Shown here in pieces: positions 1-7,478 of a stretch of 64,000 nucleotides of DNA. The stretch comes from Gammaproteobacteria bacterium (GTDB lineage Bacteria; Pseudomonadota; Gammaproteobacteria; JAABTG01). A program made the position numbers and the translations under genes. The notes under the pieces are model-generated. The model was not told the DNA's origin and did no database searches. It saw nothing but the letters and a program-made list of their open reading frames with translations. How positions within the stretch are numbered: position 1 is the first letter of the stretch; each line of letters starts with the position of its first letter. Where the stretch lies: contig JAXHLS010000002.1 of NCBI GenBank assembly GCA_034522055.1, forward strand, positions 2,497,549 to 2,561,548. The letters are read 5' to 3'.

Positions 1-107
1 GAGGGTGCGGGACGACACAAGGGTGGACATCAGCCTGGTACCCATCGGCGACGGCCACGCCCTGGCCCGCAAGCGAGAGCTATAACCCGAACAGGAGCGA
101 GACGGCG

Positions 108-665
108 ATGGCGGTACGCGAGGTCTTGAAAATGGGCGATCCGCGGCTGGCGGAGGTGGCGCGGCCGGTGACCGATTTCGGTTCCACGGAACTGGGGGCC
201 CTGCTGGTGGACATGCACGACACCATGGCGGCCCAGAACGGCGCCGGGTTGGCAGCCCCCCAGATCGGCGTGCCCCTGCGGGTAGTGGTGTTCGGCTACG
301 ATATCAATCCCCGCTATCCGGACGCGCCCCCCGTGCCCCCCACCATCCTCATCAACCCGGAGATCGAGCCCCTGGACGAGGCCATGGAGACGGACTGGGA
401 GGGTTGCCTCAGCGTGCCCGGCATGCGCGGCCTGGTGCCACGTCATCTGCATGTCAGGTACCGGGGCTTCGACCAGCGTGGGCGGCCCATCGAGGTCGAG
501 GCCACGGATTTCCATGCCCGCGTGGTGCAGCATGAGTGCGACCATCTGGACGGCGTGCTCTATCCCCAGCGGGTACAGGACCTGAAGGATTTCGGTTTCT
601 CGGACCCCCTGGCCCGGGCGGGTCGCTTCAGCGGCGGCGCGCCCTGCGACGATCCCCCCGAGTGA
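108..665 (+). CDS. def: peptide deformylase
   Basis: 185 aa; GCLSVPG motif and QHECDHLDG (HExxH) metal site; canonical position upstream of a formyltransferase gene. Confidence 0.9.
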   Translation: MAVREVLKMGDPRLAEVARPVTDFGSTELGALLVDMHDTMAAQNGAGLAAPQIGVPLRVVVFGYDINPRYPDAPPVPPTILINPEIEPLDEAMETDWEGCLSVPGMRGLVPRHLHVRYRGFDQRGRPIEVEATDFHARVVQHECDHLDGVLYPQRVQDLKDFGFSDPLARAGRFSGGAPCDDPPE

Positions 666-669
666 TGCC

Positions 670-1557
670 ATGGCGGGTCCTTTTCCGCCCCTGGTGCTGT
701 TTGCCACCAACGGCCGCTTCTCCGCCGCGGTATTGGAGGGGCTGATCGGCGGCGGACTGATCCCCCGGGTCCTGGTGCTGCCGGGACAGGCGGGGACCTT
801 CTACGAGCAGCCCGCCTGCGCCGCTGGCTCCACGGCCGAACTCGCCCGCCGCCGGGGGATCCCCCTGATCCACCTGCCACCCCATGCCCCCGAGAGCGCG
901 GTAGAGCGGGTCTCGGAACTACGGCCCGTGCTCGGCATCATGGCCTGTTTCCCGCGCCCCCTGCCCATGGCCGTGGCTGATCTGCCGCCCTGGGGCACCC
1001 TCAACATCCATCCCTCGCGGTTGCCCCTGTACCGGGGGCCGGCGCCCCTGTTCTGGCAACTGCGGGACGGCGTGGAGCGGCTGCATGTGAGCCTGCATCG
1101 GGTGGTGCCGGAGCTGGATGCCGGAGACGTGGTGGCGCGGGAGACGGGACCCCTGCCCATGGGTGCCGGCGGCGCCGCCCTGGACCGCCGACTGGTCGCC
1201 CTCGGAGTGACCGGCCTCCTGGGATTGCTCGCGGCCCACCCCGACGGCGCCTTTAGCGACGAACGTCAGGATCCCGCGGCGGCCACCCGCCAGCCCTGGC
1301 CCGCACCCCCAGACTTCGCCGTGGACGCATCCCGCAGCGCGCGGCGGGCCTATACCTTCATGACCGGATGTGGCGACTGGCGCCAGCCGTTTCGGGTGCG
1401 GGGTGCGGGCGATCTGCTGCTGTCCCGCGCCGTGTCCTTCCGGGATACGGGGGCCCTGGGGATGCCGTGGCGGCCGGCGGGGGACACGGTGCTGGTACAG
1501 TGCGCCCCGGGGATACTGCGGGCCGTGCCCGAGCCCCCCAGGGCGGGGGCTCGTTAG
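670..1557 (+). CDS. methionyl-tRNA formyltransferase-like protein (formyl transferase family)
   Basis: 295 aa; N-terminal formyl_trans_N-like region with NIHPSRLPLYRGPAPLFWQLRDG (compare fmt NVHGSLLPRWRG); starts 5 nt after def stop; C-terminal half atypical for Fmt. Confidence 0.6.
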   Translation: MAGPFPPLVLFATNGRFSAAVLEGLIGGGLIPRVLVLPGQAGTFYEQPACAAGSTAELARRRGIPLIHLPPHAPESAVERVSELRPVLGIMACFPRPLPMAVADLPPWGTLNIHPSRLPLYRGPAPLFWQLRDGVERLHVSLHRVVPELDAGDVVARETGPLPMGAGGAALDRRLVALGVTGLLGLLAAHPDGAFSDERQDPAAATRQPWPAPPDFAVDASRSARRAYTFMTGCGDWRQPFRVRGAGDLLLSRAVSFRDTGALGMPWRPAGDTVLVQCAPGILRAVPEPPRAGAR

Positions 1558-1903
1558 ACCTGCGCAGGACGGGCCATTTTTCGCCGCCGTGGCCTGGTTG
1601 ATAATGGCCGCGAGCGCCAAGCATATGATGGGCATGTATAAATGGTAGCGGCGTGGGGACCTTCGGGTTGGTCTTTCCGCCACGAACAACAGACTCTCGC
1701 CAAGAACGCCAAGAACGCCAAGAAAACCTTAGCCAATTGTTTTCGTTGTATTCGTGACCTGTTCCATATCCGGTGGCCCAGGGAGCAAGGAGTACGGCAT
1801 CCGGTACCAAGGATGATGGGCTAACTTGGCGATCTTGGCGCCTCGGCGAGAGAAAAATTCTTTTCATATACACTCATGAATTCTGCTGACGAACCGGGAG
1901 ATC

Positions 1904-3877
1904 ATGCAAAACCAATGGGACGATGAGTCTGTGGTCGCGTTCGAAGGGCCCCTCGGGCCGCGGGTCTACAGCTCCAGGCTGTTGGGCGCGGAGTCGGAGC
2001 TGGTGCTTCACGGTGGCGGCAACACCTCGGTCAAGGTGACGGAGCCCGATCTCTACGGCGAGCCCCGGGAAGTGCTCTATGTCAAGGGCAGCGGCTGGGA
2101 CCTGGCCCGCATCGAGGCCGCCGGTTTCGCGCCCCTGGACCTCGCCGGCACGGCGCGGCTGGCGACCCTGGAGCGTCTCTCGGATCTGCACATGATGGCC
2201 GAACTCAAGCGCCTGTGTCTGCGGGCCGAGGCGCCCACGCCGTCGGTGGAGGCCATCCTCCACGCCGTGCTGCCCCACCGCTATGTGGACCACACTCACG
2301 CCGACGCCGTGGTGAGCATCACCAACACCCCCGGCGGCGAAGGGCACATCCGAGAGGTCTACGGTGACGAGGTGGTGGTCATCCCCTATGTCATGCCGGG
2401 TTTCGACCTGGCCCGCCGCTGCGCCGCCGAGTTCGCCCGCCGGGCCGGACCCGCCACCCGTGGCATGGTTCTCATGAACCATGGCATCTTCAGCTTCGGC
2501 GCCAGCGCCCGGGACTCCTACGACACCATGATCGAGTTGGTGAGCCGGGCCGAGGCATTCCTGAAGGCCAGAGGGGCGTGGGCGGGGCCGCCCGCCGAAC
2601 CCGCAGGGTTAGCGTCGCCGCCGTTCCTGGCCCTGGCCCGGTTGCGCCGCGATGTGGCGGACGCCATGGGCCGGCCCTGCGTGCTGCGCCGCGATGCCGG
2701 GCCGGCGGTGGCCGCCTTCCTGGCCCGCCCCGACGTGGAGCGCATCACCCAGCGCGGGCCCGCCACGCCGGATCATGTCATCCGCACCAAGGCCGTGCCT
2801 CTGTGGGGGCGGGACGTGGCTGCCTATGGCAAGGCCTACCGCGCCTACTTCGAGCGCCATGCCGGCGCCGCGCGCACCCCCGTCACCCTGCTGGACCCCG
2901 CGCCGCGGGTGGTGCTGGACCCGGAACTGGGTCTGGTGGCCGTGGGCCGTGATGCCGGCGAGGCCGATGCGGTGGCGGACATCTATCGCCATACCATGGG
3001 CGTAATCGGCCGCGCCGAGGCCCTGGGCGGCTACCGCGCCCTGCCGGAGAAGGACCTGTTCGACATGGAGTACTGGGAGTTGGAGCAGGCCAAGCTGGCG
3101 CGGGGTGCCGGCGGGCCCGCCTTCCGTGGCGAGGTGGTGCTGGTGACGGGCGCGGCATCCGGCATCGGCCGGGCCTGCGTGGAGGCCTTCAGGGCCCGGG
3201 GCGCGGCGGTGGTGGCGGTGGATGTGGCGCCGGCGGTGGAGGCGCTGGACGACGGCGTGGGGGTACTCGCCGTGCGCTGTGATGTCAGCGACGAGGCGGC
3301 GGTCGCCGCCGCCCTGGCCCTGGCGGAACGTACCTTCGGAGGCCTGGACATGCTGGTGCTGAACGCCGGCTTATTCCCCGGGGGCACCCCCGTGGCCGCC
3401 GAGACGGCACAGCAGTGGCGCCGCGTCATGGCGGTGAATCTCGACGCCAACCTGTTCCTGTTGAAGCACGCCCATGGGCTCCTCAGGCTCGCGCCCCGCC
3501 ATGGCCGGGTGGTGGTGATGGGCTCCCGCAACGTGGCGGCGCCGGGACTGGGGGCGGCCGCCTATTCCGCCTCCAAGGCGGCCCTGTTGCAACTGGCCCG
3601 GGTCACGGCCCTGGAGTGGGCGCCCGATGGCATCCGCGTCAACATGCTGCACCCCGACGCTGTCTTCGACACCGGGCTGTGGACCGCCGAGGTGCTGGCG
3701 GCGCGGGCCGCCCACTACGGCCTGTCCGTGGAGGCCTACCGTCGGCGCAACCTGCTGAAGACGGACATCACCAGCCGGCGGGTGGCGGAGCTGGCGGCGA
3801 ACCTGTGCGGCGAGGACTACGCCTGTACCACCGGTGCCCAGCTGCCGGTGGACGGGGGCAACGAGCGGGTCATCTGA
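1904..3877 (+). CDS. bifunctional class II aldolase (rhamnulose-1-phosphate aldolase-like)/short-chain dehydrogenase
   Basis: 657 aa; N-terminal aldolase/adducin-like domain; C-terminal SDR with TGAASGIGRA Rossmann motif and YSASKAA catalytic motif. Confidence 0.75.
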   Translation: MQNQWDDESVVAFEGPLGPRVYSSRLLGAESELVLHGGGNTSVKVTEPDLYGEPREVLYVKGSGWDLARIEAAGFAPLDLAGTARLATLERLSDLHMMAELKRLCLRAEAPTPSVEAILHAVLPHRYVDHTHADAVVSITNTPGGEGHIREVYGDEVVVIPYVMPGFDLARRCAAEFARRAGPATRGMVLMNHGIFSFGASARDSYDTMIELVSRAEAFLKARGAWAGPPAEPAGLASPPFLALARLRRDVADAMGRPCVLRRDAGPAVAAFLARPDVERITQRGPATPDHVIRTKAVPLWGRDVAAYGKAYRAYFERHAGAARTPVTLLDPAPRVVLDPELGLVAVGRDAGEADAVADIYRHTMGVIGRAEALGGYRALPEKDLFDMEYWELEQAKLARGAGGPAFRGEVVLVTGAASGIGRACVEAFRARGAAVVAVDVAPAVEALDDGVGVLAVRCDVSDEAAVAAALALAERTFGGLDMLVLNAGLFPGGTPVAAETAQQWRRVMAVNLDANLFLLKHAHGLLRLAPRHGRVVVMGSRNVAAPGLGAAAYSASKAALLQLARVTALEWAPDGIRVNMLHPDAVFDTGLWTAEVLAARAAHYGLSVEAYRRRNLLKTDITSRRVAELAANLCGEDYACTTGAQLPVDGGNERVI

Positions 3878-3878
3878 C

Positions 3879-4937
3879 ATGGCGCCGGTGGCCCCATGGC
3901 CGGGACGTGCTCTGACGACCCTGATGCTCCTGCCCTGGCTGGCGGCAGCGGTGGCCGGGGAGGTCATCAGCCGGTCCCATGTCCTACACCATGAGCTGGG
4001 GCCGGGGGAGGAGTTCGAGGGGATCAGGCTGCGGGGCGCCGTGGAGCTGGAGGCGGTGGACCTCGATGGCGTCGGCGTGGCGGGCCTCTCCGCGCTTGCC
4101 TGGGACGCGGATGAGGACCTGCTCTACGCCCTGTCCGACCGGGGGCGGATCTTCCACCTGCGGCCCCACATGGCGGACGGCATGCTGAAGGCGGTGGAGG
4201 GGCTGCGAGGGTTTCACCTGCGCAATGCCAACGGGCGTTACATCCCGCGGCGTCACGCCGATTCCGAGGGCATGGTGGCCCTCAATGCCGACAACGGCGT
4301 GCGCGGCGATACGCGGCTGGTGATCGGCTTCGAACAGACCCCGCGCCTGATGGTGTTCAGGCCGGACGGCCACTGGGCCGCCAGCTATGCCCTGCCCACC
4401 CCCCTCAGGCTGGTGGACAACTACAACCATCCCAACCGGGCTCTGGAGGCCGTGGCCTTCGTCGCGGGCGTAGGGCCGCTGACGGGACCGGAGCGCCCCT
4501 TCTGGAACGAGGCCGGGGAAGGGCTGAGGCTTTACGACCTCGAGGGGAATCACTGGCGCTACCCCCTGTCCCCGGACACCGACGCCTCCCTGGTGGCCAT
4601 GGAATACCTGCCGGAGCGGGACCTTCTCACCCTGGAACGAAGCTTCGTATCGCCGTTCCACCCCCTGCGCATCCGCCTGCGCCGCGCCGAACTCCCGGAT
4701 CACGCCGACGGAACCACCCTGGCGGTAGAGGAGGTGGCCCTGCTGGACAGCCATCGCGGCTGGAATATCGACAACTTCGAGGGCCTCGCCCATCATCGGG
4801 ATAATCGCTGGTTCATGGTGAGCGACGACAACGAGCGCGGCCTGCAGAAGACCCTGCTGGTGTATTTCGAGCTATTGGCGCGCCCGGACCAGGTGCCCCA
4901 CGTCGCCGCGGACAACCCTCCGCAGGAGCGCCGTTGA
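3879..4937 (+). CDS. secreted hypothetical protein (possibly phytase-like esterase family)
   Basis: ATG at 3879 directly after the preceding stop; N-terminal signal peptide MAPVAPWPGRALTTLMLLPWLAAAVAG; family assignment is from memory only. Confidence 0.45.
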   Translation: MAPVAPWPGRALTTLMLLPWLAAAVAGEVISRSHVLHHELGPGEEFEGIRLRGAVELEAVDLDGVGVAGLSALAWDADEDLLYALSDRGRIFHLRPHMADGMLKAVEGLRGFHLRNANGRYIPRRHADSEGMVALNADNGVRGDTRLVIGFEQTPRLMVFRPDGHWAASYALPTPLRLVDNYNHPNRALEAVAFVAGVGPLTGPERPFWNEAGEGLRLYDLEGNHWRYPLSPDTDASLVAMEYLPERDLLTLERSFVSPFHPLRIRLRRAELPDHADGTTLAVEEVALLDSHRGWNIDNFEGLAHHRDNRWFMVSDDNERGLQKTLLVYFELLARPDQVPHVAADNPPQERR

Positions 4938-4939
4938 AG

Positions 4940-5345
4940 CCCACCCGGCCCGGGGTGCGTGCGGCGGGGTTTGGATGTCGGGATGAATCCCGACCTACAA
5001 AAAGCGTAACCGCGAAAGACGCGAAATGACGCGAAAAGGGAGAAGGTCCGGGAGGAGTGGCAGTTCGAAAAGGCGCAGCGGATCCACCGTTTCGGCGTCA
5101 GCAGAGCGGACGCGCGGGTGGTAATCTTTTCCCATTTCCCATTTCCCATTTCCCCTGGGGAGAAGGACAGAGGCGTAGGTCGGCTGCTCTTGGCAGCCGA
5201 CGGAAACTCGGCGCTTTGCGGGCGCGGATGTCGGTTGCCAGGAGCAACCGACCTACATTCGTGCCCCGGGAACGTGCGGTGGTGGCGTACCTGTAGGTCG
5301 GGCTTCAGCCCGACAGCCCGCAGAGCCCGGGGTTCGCACGCAAGC
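4940..5345. repeat. composite REP-like intergenic element (copy A)
   Basis: Palindromes tcgggatgaatcccga and tcgggcttcagcccga; tandem (A/G)ACGCGAAA 9-mers; (CCCATTT)x3; ~330 bp about 95% identical to 22040-22360. Confidence 0.8.
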
Positions 5346-5351
5346 GCGGTC

Positions 5352-6341
5352 CTACCGTTCGGCGATGCGATCGGCGAGGGTGCCCACGGTGGTGGCGAAG
5401 TAGTCCGAGCGGTTCCACTTCAGGAGCACGTGGTAGTTGTTGTAGACCACGTAGGCGGGGCCGTCGGGGCCGCCGGGTTGGACCACGGAGGCCCTGATGT
5501 CCACCGCGGGGAGATCCCGGCCGTCGGCCCGGCGCACGCCCAGGGCCTGCCATTCCTGCAGGTTCTTGCCGATATCCCGCCCCACCAGATCCGGGTCGAA
5601 GTCGGCTGGCAGGCGGGCCTTGCGTCCCCAGGTCTGCTCGGGGTTCCAACCGGAACGCGCCAGATAGTTGGCGGCGGAGGCGAAGGCATCGGCGGTGGTG
5701 GTCCAGATGTCCTTGCGGCCGTCGCCATCGTAGTCCTGGGCGAAGTTGAGGAAGCTGGAGGGCATGAATTGGACCTGCCCCATGGCCCCCGCCCACGATC
5801 CCTGCATGGCGGCGACGTCGATGTGCCCCTGGTCCAGGATCCGCAGGGCCTTCAGCAGTTCGCCGCGGAAGAAGGCGCTGCGGCGACCGTCGTGGGCGAG
5901 GGTGGCGAGGGCGGCGATCACCGGGTAGCCCCCGGTGATGCGGCCGAAATCGGTCTCGATGCCCCACAGGGCGACGATGAACCGGGGCTGCACCCCGTAT
6001 TTATTGCCGATGGCCTCGAGCAACGGCCCGTGGGCCTCCAGCCGCTCGCGGCCCATGCGCACCCGCCGCGGCGGCAGCACCCGCTCCAGGTATTCCTCGA
6101 AGGTGAGGGTGAACTCCGGCTGGCTGCGATCCAGCTCGATGATCCGGGGAATGGGGGCGACGCCGGCGAAGGCATCCTCCAGCACGGACTCGGAGATCCC
6201 CGCTTCACGGGCCTCCTGCTTGAGCCCCGCGACCCAGGTGTCGAAGTCTTGGGCGTGGCCGGTGACGCTGAGGGCCGCCAGTAGCAGGATAAGGCCCAGC
6301 CCGCGCAGCGGGCGGGCCTTGACGATAAAGGGACGGAACAT
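5352..6341 (-). CDS. mltB: lytic murein transglycosylase B
   Basis: 329 aa; signal peptide; MltB-family sequence throughout (ALWGIETDFG, QFMPSSF). Confidence 0.8.
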   Translation of the reverse strand: MFRPFIVKARPLRGLGLILLLAALSVTGHAQDFDTWVAGLKQEAREAGISESVLEDAFAGVAPIPRIIELDRSQPEFTLTFEEYLERVLPPRRVRMGRERLEAHGPLLEAIGNKYGVQPRFIVALWGIETDFGRITGGYPVIAALATLAHDGRRSAFFRGELLKALRILDQGHIDVAAMQGSWAGAMGQVQFMPSSFLNFAQDYDGDGRKDIWTTTADAFASAANYLARSGWNPEQTWGRKARLPADFDPDLVGRDIGKNLQEWQALGVRRADGRDLPAVDIRASVVQPGGPDGPAYVVYNNYHVLLKWNRSDYFATTVGTLADRIAER

Positions 6342-6350
6342 GAGCGGCCT

Positions 6351-6629
6351 CTAACCCAGTTGATAGTGTTTCTTGACGGGGGAGCGGATGTCCCAGGTAC
6401 ACGCGAGCCCGGCGTCGAAGCGCACCAGGTCACCGCGTTTCAGGGTCACCGGCGCGCCGTCCTCCGGGGTCACCACGGCCTCGCCCTCCAGGATGTAGCA
6501 GGTCTCGGCTTCGTCGTAGGTCCAGGGGAACACCGAGATCTCTTTTTCCCACAGTGGCCAGTCTTCCACGCCCATCACGTCGAGCTTGGCGGGGGAGGGC
6601 TTGCTCTCGACGGTAATGCTGTCCATCAT
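6351..6629 (-). CDS. cupin-domain protein (DUF861/EutQ-like)
   Basis: 92 aa; small cupin beta-barrel signature (YILEGEAVVTPEDG...GDLVRFDAG). Confidence 0.6.
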   Translation of the reverse strand: MMDSITVESKPSPAKLDVMGVEDWPLWEKEISVFPWTYDEAETCYILEGEAVVTPEDGAPVTLKRGDLVRFDAGLACTWDIRSPVKKHYQLG

Positions 6630-6810
6630 CCTGCTCCAGCGGGTTATCGGTCAGGGGGCATAGTGTCCCTTGTTCCAGTGCGGCGGAAAAGCCCGGATTG
6701 GCAAGGGTCACCGGCTGAAGGGTCAGGGCTCGGGGGGCGCGGCAGCTCACGCCTTTACCCCTTCCGGGGCAACGGGCTCGTTGCCGCTGCAATCAATAAG
6801 AATCCAACCG

Positions 6811-7012
6811 TTAACTCTCATGGCGATACGCGCCACCCGAAATGATCAAAGAGGAGCGCGTATCGCCATGTTCGTTCCCTCACCCCATCGCTATACTCCG
6901 GGCATCCTGCCCTTCGCCCTGCGGGCCGCGCCAAGGCGCGTTCAAATCCGTTCCCGACGGATTTGTCCCAAAGGGAGAGGGGGAGATCGTGCTTCGCGAC
7001 TTTCACGTTAAC
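6811..7012 (+). repeat. MITE-like structured repeat element, long variant (copy 1)
   Basis: TTAACTCTCATGGCGATACGCGC ... GTGCTTCGCGACTTTCACGTTAAC; shares both ends with the copies at 12600, 16965 and 30684; carries a ~75-bp internal insert that the 129-bp variant lacks. Confidence 0.85.
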
Positions 7013-7029
7013 GAACAGGTAACAGCACC

Positions 7030-7452
7030 ATGGACACCAAGACTTCGGGTAATCGCATCAAGTCCTTCCAGACTGCAGGCGGGGTGGCGCTGACCTGGCT
7101 CCAGGATATTGGGCTATTGATCATTGCCATTGCAACCGTGGTGGCCATCGGCGACGAGATCGGCGTGATGTTCAGCGCCGGCAAGGTCACGTTGGCGGAC
7201 CTGCTGTTGCTGTTCATCTACCTGGAGATCCTGACCATGGTGGCGGTGTATCTCCAGTCGGGCAAGCTGCCGGTGCGGATCCCGCTCTACATCGCCATCG
7301 TCGCCCTGGCCCGTTACCTGATCCTGGACATGAAGAGTATGGACTACCTCGAGATGATCGGGGTGGCGGTGGCGGCACTGGTGGTCGCCGTGGCGATCCT
7401 GGTGATCAGGTACGGCCACGTGCGTTTCCCCTACGGTAAGGAAGAGGGCTGA
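7030..7452 (+). CDS. psiE: phosphate-starvation-inducible protein PsiE
   Basis: 140 aa membrane protein matching the PsiE family over its length. Confidence 0.75.
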   Translation: MDTKTSGNRIKSFQTAGGVALTWLQDIGLLIIAIATVVAIGDEIGVMFSAGKVTLADLLLLFIYLEILTMVAVYLQSGKLPVRIPLYIAIVALARYLILDMKSMDYLEMIGVAVAALVVAVAILVIRYGHVRFPYGKEEG

Positions 7453-7472
7453 CGCCGGGCCCCCGGGGCCCG
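7446..7472. terminator. GC-rich hairpin between convergent genes
   Basis: gccgggcccccggggcccgg palindrome between the psiE stop and the stop of the minus-strand gene at 7479; no U-tract. Confidence 0.3.
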
Positions 7473-7478
7473 GTAGAT

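Noticed and set aside
4793-5149. 118-aa ORF inside the REP composite element (and its twin inside 22062-23036)
   Set aside because: Lies entirely within repeated non-coding elements, is low complexity, has no RBS, and occurs at both copies only because the DNA repeat is duplicated
5118-6284. 388-aa plus-strand ORF
   Set aside because: Antisense shadow of mltB, starting inside a REP element; no recognisable domain
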